A model generated the notes under the pieces. It was given only the letters and a program-made list of their open reading frames with translations, searched no databases and was not told the DNA's origin. The position numbers and the translations under genes were made by a program. A DNA stretch of 63,989 nt, filler included, from Candidatus Babelota bacterium (GTDB lineage: Bacteria > JAGOBX01): the NCBI GenBank assembly GCA_017999075.1. It is 9 parts of 9 records of this genome, joined end to end, with 100 filler letters (N's around TTAATTAATTAA, not from the genome) between each part and the next. Parts side by side here need not be neighbours in the genome. Positions count along the whole stretch, not along the records: positions 43,959 to 51,037 come from JAGOBX010000178.1; positions 51,138 to 58,198 come from JAGOBX010000179.1; positions 58,299 to 63,989 come from JAGOBX010000263.1; 6 more parts are not named here. One strand, written 5' to 3'. Below, piece after piece: positions 50,109-60,397 of this stretch. Every line of letters begins with the position of its first letter. The first letter of the stretch is position 1.

Positions 50109-51037
50109 TAAATGTTCATCACCCTGTATATTTCTTCTGGAGTTGTAACTCCGGCATCAACTTTTACCATAGCAACTTCTTTTAGAGTTCTATACTTTTG
50201 TTTTTTGCAGTATTCACTCATTTTATATTCGCTTTCATTATTAACAATATATTCCGACAATGTTGCATCCAGCGGCAGAATTTCTATTATGCCGGTTCTT
50301 CCTATATAACCTGTATTATAACAGAATCTGCAGCCTGTTCCATAATGGTGTTCGAGTTGCGGGTCAATATTTAATTTTGCCGCCAATCCGCCGTCTATAG
50401 TTTTCTTTTTAGAACAGTGAGGACAGATTCTTCTTAGAAGCCTTTGAGCTAAAATTCCTGTTACAGCGCTGGCAGTCAGATAATTCGCTATACCCATTTG
50501 ACGTAAAGTAGAAATGGTATTCAATGAACTGTTTGCGTGGATAGTTGATAAAACAAGAGTTCCTGTCATTGCAGCGCGTATGGAAACATCTGCAGTCAAA
50601 GAATCTCTTATTTCTCCGACCATTATTACATTAGGATCCTGCCGCAGTATTGCACGTAATCCATTATAAAAAGTTACATCGCGTTGAAGATTGACTTGTA
50701 TCTGATTTATATTTTTTAATTTATATTCAACAGGATCTTCAATAGTCATTATGTTTTTTGTTACAAGATTAAGCTTGTTTAAACATGCATATAAAGTTGT
50801 AGTTTTTCCGCTTCCTACAGGTCCTGTAACAAGAATTACTCCTTGAGATTTCATCAATAAATCTTCAAGTATTTCAGATTCCATCGATTCAAGCCCAAGC
50901 TGATCAATTCCAAGAGATATTTGCCTCGTATCAATAATCCTTAAAACCAGTTTCTCGCCGTGCAATGTGTAAATTGTCGATATTCTAATATCAACTGTAT
51001 TTCCGTTTGATTCAGTAGTTATGTGTCCATCCTGAGG
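50108..51037 (-). CDS. Type II secretion / type IV pilus assembly ATPase GspE/PilB family (5' truncated)
   Basis: PQDG, TGPVGSGKTTTLY, TIEDPVE, LRQDPNVIMVGEIRD, STIHAN, CPHC...CRFC zinc motif and GRTG. Confidence 0.92.
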   Translation of the reverse strand, partial: PQDGHITTESNGNTVDIRISTIYTLHGEKLVLRIIDTRQISLGIDQLGLESMESEILEDLLMKSQGVILVTGPVGSGKTTTLYACLNKLNLVTKNIMTIEDPVEYKLKNINQIQVNLQRDVTFYNGLRAILRQDPNVIMVGEIRDSLTADVSIRAAMTGTLVLSTIHANSSLNTISTLRQMGIANYLTASAVTGILAQRLLRRICPHCSKKKTIDGGLAAKLNIDPQLEHHYGTGCRFCYNTGYIGRTGIIEILPLDATLSEYIVNNESEYKMSEYCKKQKYRTLKEVAMVKVDAGVTTPEEIYRVMNI

Positions 51038-51137
51038 NNNNNNNNNNNNNNNNNNNNNNNNNNNNNNNNNNNNNNNNNNNNTTAATTAATTAANNNNNNN
51101 NNNNNNNNNNNNNNNNNNNNNNNNNNNNNNNNNNNNN
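51038..51137. other. Artificial contig linker
   Basis: Same 100-bp spacer. Confidence 0.98.
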
Positions 51138-53084
51138 GTGTATATTGATGTTTACAGATCAGGAGTTAATACAAATATTAATCAAAATGATTCTGTTTTT
51201 GTTCAAACTTTTACTTATAATCCGTTGTCAGATACTAATGTTCTGGAAAACAATTTAATGCTTTCATTAAGCGGATTGGCAGGAAATAATGGTGATTCAT
51301 ATCAATTGATAGCACAAGCAAGAGATCAGTATGGAAATACCAATGATAATTTTGAAGTTGTTCAAAGTTCTGTAAGCAACGCAAATTCAATGGTACATCA
51401 TTTTGATGTGAATTCAGGGTATGCATTAAATTCTCTTCCATTGGGAAAAGATATAATTTTTACATTGATAGCAAAAAATGTTTCTGATCAGACAATTGAA
51501 GCATTTACAGGAGAAGTTTATATTGAAGTTCAGGAAAATGAAGGGTTGATATTTGGAAGCTGGAATTCTGATAAATTTGCCGGTAAAGACAAAATCGTTG
51601 TTAATATGAAAGGCGGAGTAGGATATTTTGTAATGAATAATTCTGAAAAAGAAGACATAAATATTGGTGTGAAATTTGGAACTAATATTTCTCAGGATTT
51701 TGTATTGGGATTTGCCGCAAGTCATAAAGGTATATCAACGACATCTCAGTTTGCATTATATGCTGATAATACTGAATTTAATTCAAGAGAATTTGTTAAA
51801 GTTACTGTATTTGCACTGAATGCCGATGGTATGATAAACACTGATTATACAGGAAACCATAATGTTACCTTCAGGACAAATGAAAATATGAATGATTATT
51901 CAGTGAAAATTAATGATCAGACAGTTGAAGGAAATAACCGTACATTCAGTCTTAATTTTGTGAATGGTGAAGCAGTTGCAGTTGTTAAAAATATTTTAGG
52001 AGCATATGAAAGTTATGAAGAATTTAGTTTATCAGCAATTGGTGACGGTGCAGCTCAATCGAATTTGTTGAATTTAAAAGCTTCTAATAATCCTGTTAAT
52101 GAGGTTTTAATAAATGGAGCAGAACATATGGGAGAAGCTTTAAATAAGACTAGTTATGGAAGTAGAATAAAAATCAATTTTATGACAGGTTATGGAGATT
52201 TTCAACCAATTACTTATTATAATGGAATAGTTTACGCATCAGTTGTAGAAGATCCGAATAATAATAACAGCGTTCGTATTGCTGATCGTGAAATAAAAAT
52301 TTCTAACGGTATTGGAAACTTGATTATTGATAATGTTGATAAAGAAATGGTGCGTATTAAACTTGAAAGGCAAATTGACGGTATTATTGCTTTGAATAAA
52401 GAATTTTATGTAACTTTTGCTTCTGTTGATGTAATACCTCCAAAACTTGTTAATGCTTATGCAGAAAATCCTTATTTGATACATCTTGTTTTCAGTGAAC
52501 CTCTTGATCCTGTTAATGTGTTTAAAACAAGCAATTACAGGGGAATAGGACCTAGGATACATACTGTATGTTATTATTCTGATGAAGTAACTTTACATTT
52601 AGCTACTCCATTGACTTTGAATAAAAATATAACTATTCAAATCAATAATGATGGCGCAGACGGAATCAAAGATAAAGCTGGAAACTATTTAACGGATAAC
52701 AGTAAATCTTTTGCTACTCCTGGAGTTGATCTTATAGGAAACAGAGCGAGTGATGAATATTTTGCTGTTGAATTACCTGCAAATTTTGTAGCAAAACAAA
52801 GTGTCAATACTACTTTTAGAGTTGTTGTAAAACATATGAATGCTTGCGGGTTCTTAAGTGGAAAGAATACCATAAATGCAAAACATAAAATTTCTAATGC
52901 TAAGGTTAGTTATGAAGGAGTATCAGGAGTTACAGGACCGTCGACCATAGAGTTTACTGATGGTAAAGCTGAATTTAATGTAACGGTTCCGGCTAATCCT
53001 TCAACAGGAGATATTATAATAAGGATTGACGACAGCGTGATTCGCGGTGGAGGAAAAACAAATATTAATAACGTGCTTCCGTAA
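51138..53084 (+). CDS. Surface protein with tandem Ig-like domains (5' truncated)
   Basis: Repeats such as ARDQYGN, FTGEV, YTGNHNV and FVNGEA, plus a Big_5/SbsA-like unit (DVIPPKLV...LVFSEPLD...IKDKAGNYL). Confidence 0.7.
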   Translation: MYIDVYRSGVNTNINQNDSVFVQTFTYNPLSDTNVLENNLMLSLSGLAGNNGDSYQLIAQARDQYGNTNDNFEVVQSSVSNANSMVHHFDVNSGYALNSLPLGKDIIFTLIAKNVSDQTIEAFTGEVYIEVQENEGLIFGSWNSDKFAGKDKIVVNMKGGVGYFVMNNSEKEDINIGVKFGTNISQDFVLGFAASHKGISTTSQFALYADNTEFNSREFVKVTVFALNADGMINTDYTGNHNVTFRTNENMNDYSVKINDQTVEGNNRTFSLNFVNGEAVAVVKNILGAYESYEEFSLSAIGDGAAQSNLLNLKASNNPVNEVLINGAEHMGEALNKTSYGSRIKINFMTGYGDFQPITYYNGIVYASVVEDPNNNNSVRIADREIKISNGIGNLIIDNVDKEMVRIKLERQIDGIIALNKEFYVTFASVDVIPPKLVNAYAENPYLIHLVFSEPLDPVNVFKTSNYRGIGPRIHTVCYYSDEVTLHLATPLTLNKNITIQINNDGADGIKDKAGNYLTDNSKSFATPGVDLIGNRASDEYFAVELPANFVAKQSVNTTFRVVVKHMNACGFLSGKNTINAKHKISNAKVSYEGVSGVTGPSTIEFTDGKAEFNVTVPANPSTGDIIIRIDDSVIRGGGKTNINNVLP

Positions 53085-53118
53085 AAAAATTGCAATATTT
53101 GTTTTTTGAAATTTTAAA

Positions 53119-53158
53119 GATTGTATAACCGAAAACTTTTGTTTCCGGTTATACAATC
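53119..53158 (+). terminator. Stem-loop, probable terminator
   Basis: GATTGTATAACCG...CGGTTATACAATC perfect 13-bp inverted repeat 34 nt after the stop; weak U tract. Confidence 0.6.
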
Positions 53159-53663
53159 AGATATTTAAAAATTAATAAGAAAATTTAAAACCTAAATTTT
53201 CGATTTTTCTATAATTATATTAAAAAAAGCCCGGAAATATTATGTTTTTGAAAAAAATATAGCTCTAAATCCAAATTATAATTATGAATTTTATTGTTTT
53301 GTCTGTATTTTCAAGCTTTTTACTCATAGTTACAAATATATAAGGAAATTTAGATTATAAACTTCTGGCAATTAATATTTTGTTCAAGAGTTTTTTTTAA
53401 CAGTTTAACTATTAAAAAAAATATTAATCAATTAAAACCAAATCCATTATCAGTGAAAACTTAATTTTAAACCTATTTCGGTCCCAGTTATTTTGTATAA
53501 AAAATTCAATAATTTTTTTATTCTAAAATAAATATATAAAATTTAGAATTATTTTATTTTTATTAATTTCAGGAATGAAATATTAAATTTAATATTTTTT
53601 ATATAACTTATTGATAATAAGTTTTTTACAATATTTATAAAACACCAAATTGTTCTATTTTTA

Positions 53664-53692
53664 TTGACAATAAAAGGAAAATATGATATAAT
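53664..53692 (+). promoter_or_regulatory. Consensus sigma70 promoter with extended -10
   Basis: TTGACA (53664-69), 17 bp, TATAAT (53687-92) preceded by TGn; GAGG RBS before the ATG at 53742. Confidence 0.75.
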
Positions 53693-53741
53693 ATAATTAA
53701 CAATTAAATTATTTAATTTTATTAAAAAAAGTGAGGTAAAT

Positions 53742-54608
53742 ATGTTTAAAAAAAAAAATAGCTATTTAATTATTATTCTTTTATTTTTTCTAATAATTCC
53801 TAATAATTTTTTATATTCTTTTCAATCCAACAGTACATTACTCATGAAAGAAGTTCAACAAATAAAATATCGGCCTTTAGCTGGAGTTGAAGAAAAAGAA
53901 GATAAAGTTTATCCTTCTGGCTCAAATGCTGTAGGTTCTCCGTCAACGTCAGGGAGAACAGGAGGATTATCTGCAGGAGTAGGTATTGCGGCAGTAACTA
54001 TAAAAAATTCTGAATATAGAGCATATATGATGCCGGTATCAGTTTCATATGGAATTAGCAAGACAAATGATTTATCGTTTTCTTTACCTGTTGCATATAA
54101 TGAAATTCCTTCTGCGAAAAACACAAAAGGTTTAGGTGATTTATCATTAAATATAAACAACAATTTTTTGAATCAAGATGATTTTGGATTCGGTCTTGGA
54201 TTTGGGTTGGGTTTGACATTTCCTACAGGGAAAAATGACATATCAGGAGAAGATAATGAACTTGATATTAATTTTAACGCGAAAGCTGAAAAAAAAATAG
54301 GCAGTAATTCTTTTAATTTGAGTTTCGGATATACATACAATGATTGCGCTGATTTTTCTTCTGGTGATTACAGCAAATTCAGTTATGGAGTATCTTATTC
54401 GCGCGGATTGAGCAATAAATTTTCATGTTCACTTGAATTGAATGTTCCTGATATATTTGCTAAAGATAATAATTTCACTCAAATATTATTTTTAGGGAAC
54501 AGATATAGCATAAGTAATAAGATGAGTGCCACAGTATTAGCCGGTAAAAATATCGGGGATTCATCACTTAATAAAATATTTATAGGCAGTATGTCTTACA
54601 GTTTCTGA
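53742..54608 (+). CDS. Putative outer-membrane beta-barrel ('transporter', phenol-degradation MetA-pathway-like)
   Basis: Signal peptide; SLPVAY...GLGDLSL and GLTFPTG motifs; C-terminal SYSF. Confidence 0.65.
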   Translation: MFKKKNSYLIIILLFFLIIPNNFLYSFQSNSTLLMKEVQQIKYRPLAGVEEKEDKVYPSGSNAVGSPSTSGRTGGLSAGVGIAAVTIKNSEYRAYMMPVSVSYGISKTNDLSFSLPVAYNEIPSAKNTKGLGDLSLNINNNFLNQDDFGFGLGFGLGLTFPTGKNDISGEDNELDINFNAKAEKKIGSNSFNLSFGYTYNDCADFSSGDYSKFSYGVSYSRGLSNKFSCSLELNVPDIFAKDNNFTQILFLGNRYSISNKMSATVLAGKNIGDSSLNKIFIGSMSYSF

Positions 54609-54639
54609 AGTTAGAAAATTTTAAAGCAGGAGTTGTGTA

Positions 54640-55557
54640 ATGATAAAAAAATATGGAATAAGACTGAATGTGTTTATTTTCACTTTTGTTTTTATGTTTG
54701 TTTTGACATTAAATGCAGATGATTTGATAAAAGTTGAAGTTGATTATGTTGAGGGTATTGCTCATATGAGAAGTGCAGGAACGAATTACTGGGAAACTAT
54801 AAAACCAGGAATGCTAATTATGCAAGGCGCAGATATCCGTACTGGAAACGGGGGAGTAGTGGATTTAAAATTTGATGAAAAGACTTATGTCCGCGTAGGG
54901 GAAAATACAACAACAAAAGTAGAACAGGCGGAACAAAGTGAATATGAAGTTAAAAAATTATTTTTCAGCAAGAAACAACCTCAAAAAAAAATATCGTTAA
55001 ATATGGAAAAAGGAAGCTTGTTGTCTAAAGTAGGAAAATTATCCTCGCAATCCTCATTTAATATAAAAACTCCGACTTCTGTCTGCGGCGTGCGTGGAAC
55101 ATTATTCAGCGCTTCTCATAATTATCAGACATCTGTTAAAGTTTTGAATGGAATTGTTGTTGTAAGCAATATTTCAATTCCTGGTGTGCAGGCTGTTGTA
55201 ATGCCTGGTCAAAGCACGAGTGTTGCACCAGGGGAAGTTCCTGAACCTCCCCGTCAGATGACTCCTTCAGAAGTTGGAGAAGTAAGAGGGCTGCTTGAAG
55301 GCTCCAGTGCAACAGCAGCACCAATGAATGAATCAGCAGCTCCTGGCGGCAGTCAGAATTCAGGCAGAACTGAAAGAACTGCTTCTGTTTCTGAAATAAA
55401 ATCCGAAGTGGCTGCACCTGTAGTTGAACCTATACGGCCTCCGGATTCTATATTAAATTCTACAACTACAGCTATAATAGAAAATGTAGTTAATACAGTG
55501 ACAAAACCGAATGTAATTGAAAAATCGAAACTTCAAATAAATGTTAATCTAAAGTAA
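54640..55557 (+). CDS. Secreted FecR-domain protein
   Basis: Signal peptide; IRTGNGGVVDLKF, VGENT, FNIKTPTSVCGVRGTLF and VKVLNGIV; Pro/Ser-rich tail. Confidence 0.85.
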   Translation: MIKKYGIRLNVFIFTFVFMFVLTLNADDLIKVEVDYVEGIAHMRSAGTNYWETIKPGMLIMQGADIRTGNGGVVDLKFDEKTYVRVGENTTTKVEQAEQSEYEVKKLFFSKKQPQKKISLNMEKGSLLSKVGKLSSQSSFNIKTPTSVCGVRGTLFSASHNYQTSVKVLNGIVVVSNISIPGVQAVVMPGQSTSVAPGEVPEPPRQMTPSEVGEVRGLLEGSSATAAPMNESAAPGGSQNSGRTERTASVSEIKSEVAAPVVEPIRPPDSILNSTTTAIIENVVNTVTKPNVIEKSKLQINVNLK

Positions 55558-55568
55558 TTAGGAGGCTG

Positions 55569-58001
55569 TTGATAATGAAAAATTGCATAAAATATATATT
55601 TTTTATTTTTCTTGTATTTTATTTGAGCGGTTGCGGTAAATCGGGAGGCAATTCCGGATTAAATGTCGGTGTTAACCGAGCTCCATCTATACAGTTTAGT
55701 TATGGATGCGAATATACTATTGAACTGATAATTTCAGGAGCAGTAAGCAGTACACAGAGTGATACATTTTTATATTCTGATACTTACGTTAAAAATTATC
55801 CTTTATTTGAGTTTGATGCTGAAGGAGCTGTGACAATACGAGTTAATATTTTATTTGATACTACGCTTATAGCTTCAGGTTCTGCATCAGCAGTGCTTGT
55901 AAGAGGATCTACTGCAGAAGTTAATCTTGTAATTGACAAAACAGGGTCTCAGGCGATAGCCGAAGAAGCGTTATGCGCTTTGCAGTCAGGAAATTGGCTG
56001 GCTGCTCGAGATTCATACGCTCTTGCTGTAAGCATGAATCCTGCAAATTATGATGCTCACCTAGGGTATGTTGCAACAAATCTCGGACTGCTTGTTGATA
56101 CTGATTCTATTCAATCTCTTTTGAAAGATATCTGGGATGTTTATGGAACAGAATTGAAAATTAATCCTCTTGATCCTGATGATACAGTGCCGTCAAGCAG
56201 AGATTATCTTGATACAAACCAATATACATCGTATATTCCATATGCTATTAAATATTCGCAAAGTATAATTAAAAAAGCGAGCAAAGGGGAAATTAATTCT
56301 TCAAGATTACAAAATATATTGTTAAATACCATTCTTCCTGAAATTAATGGTTCCATTAATTCTATAGATATTATTATTCAAAATAATCCTTATTATCAAT
56401 TCAACATCACATATGCGATGACGCCGGATCCATATGATCATTCCCGTGACAACAAGTATACATATTCTGTACTTTATCAGATAGACAGACCGTCACTGGA
56501 AGCTTTAAAAGCTATATTATCTGCATTGAAAGGCACAATTTATTACGTTTGTTCATATGATTTCGATATGGATGATTATTCGGATACTAATTTTAAAAGT
56601 ATTACGACAAGGTCAGCGTTGACAAGCAGGTATCCGTATCTGGGAACATTGAAAACCACAAATTATATATCCGATTTCAGGCAGTCAATTATCAGTGCAT
56701 TGGAAAGTGCTAAAAATGCTTTGCTTCTTGCAAAAGAAATAAGAGATGCAGGCGGGGCAATACCTGAAAAACTTTATGATGTTACGGATTTAACTGTTCA
56801 GGAATTTAATGATGCGGTTGAAGCTATAGACACAGGGTTATATTATGTGAGAGATGCAAATGCATTAACAGGAAATTCGCGCATAGACATTGATTTTAAT
56901 GGAGTTTACGAAACAGCATATCCTAATAATTTTTTCAGCAGTCCTATACAGGATATGAAAGTTTTGATGCCTGACGTATTTGATACAGATATTCAATCTA
57001 CATTCTCATTTGCAAAAAGTGATTTGAATTTTATATTTTCTGATTTGAGTGATGAGGCATTCAATAAATTTAAACGCAATATAAATATAAAAAGAATCCA
57101 TGATTATTTTAATGTATCTTTTTCAAAAGACTATGATAATGACGGTATTGCAGATTTAAGCGTAAACAGTACTTCAGGATTAATAATATCAGCTGCTCAA
57201 AATAAAAAAATAATAGAAATAGATGGGAAAATACCGGTTACAGTAGATGTTATTAATATTAATTCCGGCGAACAATCGTTAAGTGTAAACACATCCAATG
57301 ATCCGTCGTACGGAGGAATGAAAGGAAATATAAGACTATTTGGTTTTCAAACATCAACCGGGTTATATGGTATAGCCAGGATTTTTTATAATATAAACAC
57401 ATCTTATTATTATTATAATTGGTTTGTGAGTGATGTTTATATAAATATGACTGGAGAAAACCAGTTCTGGAATTACAGTCGTCAGCAGCAGTTCACAGTT
57501 TATGGAAGAAATGATATGGCTGATTACGCAGTATATAGCGATACCAACATGAGTTTATTAAGAAAAGGCAAGGCTACTCCTTCGGAACTCGGATGGAATA
57601 TTATAGGGACGTATACTGTTGCTTCTGATTCAACTGAAGTTATAGTGAATTCTGAAATTGCATATAAGAATTTTTTGATAGTTACTACTAAAGACAGTTA
57701 TGTGATTTTGAGTCCTGAAATACAGATGACATATTATAATAGCTGGTCAAATGGAGGTTTTGTTCTTGCAGGAGGTTGTAATGAAGAGTCATCAATGTTA
57801 TATGAAATTTTTGACGCTGAATATTTAGTGAATGATAACAGTAACTACAACCATTATTTTTCAGGGATACCATATTCATATTATAAAAGAAATGGTTTTT
57901 TTGAAAAAGGAGAAATTTATGGATTGTATTCTATAAGCAATGGTTCAAGTTCGAGCAATTCAATTACTATAAAACTTTTAAAGGAAAACCGCGGTATATA
58001 A
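55569..58001 (+). CDS. Large lipoprotein with TPR-like segment
   Basis: AGGAGG RBS, lipobox LSGC, TPR-like ARDSYALAVSMNPANYDAHLG and DYDNDG calcium-loop-like motif. Confidence 0.7.
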   Translation: MIMKNCIKYIFFIFLVFYLSGCGKSGGNSGLNVGVNRAPSIQFSYGCEYTIELIISGAVSSTQSDTFLYSDTYVKNYPLFEFDAEGAVTIRVNILFDTTLIASGSASAVLVRGSTAEVNLVIDKTGSQAIAEEALCALQSGNWLAARDSYALAVSMNPANYDAHLGYVATNLGLLVDTDSIQSLLKDIWDVYGTELKINPLDPDDTVPSSRDYLDTNQYTSYIPYAIKYSQSIIKKASKGEINSSRLQNILLNTILPEINGSINSIDIIIQNNPYYQFNITYAMTPDPYDHSRDNKYTYSVLYQIDRPSLEALKAILSALKGTIYYVCSYDFDMDDYSDTNFKSITTRSALTSRYPYLGTLKTTNYISDFRQSIISALESAKNALLLAKEIRDAGGAIPEKLYDVTDLTVQEFNDAVEAIDTGLYYVRDANALTGNSRIDIDFNGVYETAYPNNFFSSPIQDMKVLMPDVFDTDIQSTFSFAKSDLNFIFSDLSDEAFNKFKRNINIKRIHDYFNVSFSKDYDNDGIADLSVNSTSGLIISAAQNKKIIEIDGKIPVTVDVININSGEQSLSVNTSNDPSYGGMKGNIRLFGFQTSTGLYGIARIFYNINTSYYYYNWFVSDVYINMTGENQFWNYSRQQQFTVYGRNDMADYAVYSDTNMSLLRKGKATPSELGWNIIGTYTVASDSTEVIVNSEIAYKNFLIVTTKDSYVILSPEIQMTYYNSWSNGGFVLAGGCNEESSMLYEIFDAEYLVNDNSNYNHYFSGIPYSYYKRNGFFEKGEIYGLYSISNGSSSSNSITIKLLKENRGI

Positions 58002-58014
58002 AATTCGTTATATT

Positions 58015-58077
58015 AAAAAAAATAGGCGCGACAATTTATAATATAAAAATATAAACACTGTTGCGTCTATTTTTTTT
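58015..58077 (+). terminator. Rho-independent terminator (bidirectional-like)
   Basis: A8-TAGGCGCGACA ... TGTTGCGTCTA-T8 inverted repeat just after the stop codon. Confidence 0.65.
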
Positions 58078-58198
58078 GTTAAAAATATAAATTATATTTT
58101 GAACAAAAATTTACTTATAGTTTATCAATATATAAAATTTATAAAATTGGATAAGAACCATTTGAAAAAAGTTCTATTTTTTTTGCTTAGTATAGTAT

Positions 58199-58298
58199 NN
58201 NNNNNNNNNNNNNNNNNNNNNNNNNNNNNNNNNNNNNNNNNNTTAATTAATTAANNNNNNNNNNNNNNNNNNNNNNNNNNNNNNNNNNNNNNNNNNNN
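58199..58298. other. Artificial contig linker
   Basis: Same 100-bp spacer. Confidence 0.98.
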
Positions 58299-58368
58299 GA
58301 CAAAATTTTGTTTAATTATATAATTCGAAAAAGTTTATTTAAAAAAAGTTTACGGGGGAAATTAAATA

Positions 58369-60261
58369 ATGTCTCTTAAAATATATATTGAAAATTCTGA
58401 TAAAAATATTGAAGTTGAAGAAAATTCTTCAGCAATAATGCTATTAAAAATTTTACAGCCTGAAAATAAAAATAGAATTGTAGCAATTAAAATCAACGGC
58501 ATATTAAAAGATTTATCTGCCAAACTTAACAATAATGATAAAATAGAGCTTGTATCATTTGATTCTGACGAAGGAAAATCAATATTCTGGCATAGCAGCT
58601 CTCATCTTATGGCTCAGGCTGTTAAACGTTTATATCCAAACGCTAAACTCGCTATAGGCCCGTCAATAGACGATGGGTTCTACTACGATTTTGAGTTAGA
58701 AGATCCTTTCACGCCTGAAAAATTAGCTGACATCGAAAAAGAAATGAAAAAAATTGTCAAAGAAAATTATAAAATAGAAAGAATTGTCAAAACCAGGCAA
58801 GAAACAATAAATCTGTTTAATCAAAATAATGATAAATATAAAAACGAACTTGTAGAAGGTTTTTCCGAAGAAAAAGAATTCTCGTTTTACAAACAGTCAG
58901 AATTTGAAGATTTGTGTAGAGGGCCGCATTTATATTCGACAGGTTCAATAAAACATTTCAAACTTTTAAGCGTTGCCGGCGCTTACTGGCGTGGAGATTC
59001 AAAACGCGAAATGCTTCAGAGAATTTACGGCATTTCATTTCCAACCGCAGAAGAATTATCCGAATTTCTGCATATTCGAGAAGAAGCCAAAAAACGTGAT
59101 CATAGAAAACTCGGCAAACAACTTAATTTATTTGATTTTTTCCCAGAAGGTCCTGGTTTTCCTTTCTTCAAACCCAACGGAATGATTTTATGGAATATTG
59201 TAGTCGACTATATCAAAAAAAAACTCAGAGATGCAGATTATAAAGAAATAAAAACACCTCTTATTTTAATTGAAGATTTATGGCATAGAAGCGGACACTG
59301 GGACAATTACAAAGACAATATGTATTTTACCCAGATAGATGATAGAACTTTTGCAGTCAAACCTATGAATTGTCCTGGATGTTTATTGATTTATAAAAGC
59401 GAGCTTCATTCTTATAAAGAGTTGCCGTTAAAATACGCAGAACTGGGTCAGGTTCACAGACACGAACTTTCAGGGGTTCTAAACGGACTATTCAGAGTTA
59501 GAACGTTTACCCAAGACGATGCTCATGTATTTTGTTCTCAAGATCAGATTGAAGATGAAATAATCAAGATAATAAATTTTATAAAAGAAGTTTACAGCGA
59601 TTTCGGATTCACAGAATATAAAATAGGATTAAGCACAAGACCTGCCAAATCAATAGGTTCAGATGAAATATGGAATACAAGTGAAACAGCTTTAAAAAAT
59701 GCTTTAGAAAAAATCAATGTTGAATATAAAATAAAAAAAGGCGACGGAGCATTCTATGGTCCTAAAATAGACTTTCAAATTCAGGATTCATTAAAAAGAA
59801 TGTGGCAATGCGGAACTATTCAACTTGATTTTTCTATGCCTGAACGGTTTGATTTAGAATATATCGGAAAAGATAATAATAAACATAGACCTGTAATGAT
59901 ACACAGAGCCATTTTAGGATCTTTAGAACGGTTTATAGGAATGCTTATTGAACACTATGCAGGAGCGCTTCCTTTATGGCTCGCTCCTGAACAAATCAGG
60001 ATTCTACCTGTTTCAGAAAATTATATTGATTATTCAAAACAAATTCTTACAGAACTTCAAAAACATAATTTTCGTTCTTATATAGACGAACGAAATGAAA
60101 GTTTAGGAAAAAAAATACGGGATGCTCAAATTGAAAAAGTCCCCTATTCTCTAATACTCGGTCAAAAAGAAATGGAAAACAGTTCAGTAAATTATAGAAA
60201 ATACGGTTCTACAGAACAAATAAATTGTTCTGTTAATGATTTTATAAAACTTTTATCGTAA
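58369..60261 (+). CDS. thrS: Threonine--tRNA ligase
   Basis: HSSSHLMAQA, DLCRGPH, RDHRKLG, KPMNCPG, HRHELSG, FTQDDAH, WQCGTIQLDF and HRAILGSLERF. Confidence 0.97.
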   Translation: MSLKIYIENSDKNIEVEENSSAIMLLKILQPENKNRIVAIKINGILKDLSAKLNNNDKIELVSFDSDEGKSIFWHSSSHLMAQAVKRLYPNAKLAIGPSIDDGFYYDFELEDPFTPEKLADIEKEMKKIVKENYKIERIVKTRQETINLFNQNNDKYKNELVEGFSEEKEFSFYKQSEFEDLCRGPHLYSTGSIKHFKLLSVAGAYWRGDSKREMLQRIYGISFPTAEELSEFLHIREEAKKRDHRKLGKQLNLFDFFPEGPGFPFFKPNGMILWNIVVDYIKKKLRDADYKEIKTPLILIEDLWHRSGHWDNYKDNMYFTQIDDRTFAVKPMNCPGCLLIYKSELHSYKELPLKYAELGQVHRHELSGVLNGLFRVRTFTQDDAHVFCSQDQIEDEIIKIINFIKEVYSDFGFTEYKIGLSTRPAKSIGSDEIWNTSETALKNALEKINVEYKIKKGDGAFYGPKIDFQIQDSLKRMWQCGTIQLDFSMPERFDLEYIGKDNNKHRPVMIHRAILGSLERFIGMLIEHYAGALPLWLAPEQIRILPVSENYIDYSKQILTELQKHNFRSYIDERNESLGKKIRDAQIEKVPYSLILGQKEMENSSVNYRKYGSTEQINCSVNDFIKLLS

Positions 60262-60397
60262 AATTCAGGAATTAATTTTAAATATAAATTGTGAAAAACA
60301 CAAAAATGACTTGTTTGACAAACGTATCAAAGCAAATATTTTTTTAAATTTAAGCAAATAGGCACTATTGCTTTTTCATTAAGGAGGGGCTTTTATT

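Noticed and set aside
53159-53663. Long AT-rich intergenic region as a possible ncRNA, CRISPR array or small ORF
   Set aside because: No direct-repeat/spacer pattern, no stable structure and only a ~20-codon minus-strand ORF without support
58299-58368. T-box leader expected upstream of thrS
   Set aside because: Only 70 bp precede the gene on this contig and they contain no T-box sequence or terminator
60289-60335. TTGTGAAAAACACAA and TTTGACAAACGTATCAAA upstream of rubrerythrin as Rex or Fnr boxes
   Set aside because: Half-site spacing does not fit Rex (TTGTGAA-N4-TTCACAA) or Fnr (TTGAT-N4-ATCAA); the second sequence is more simply a -35 box
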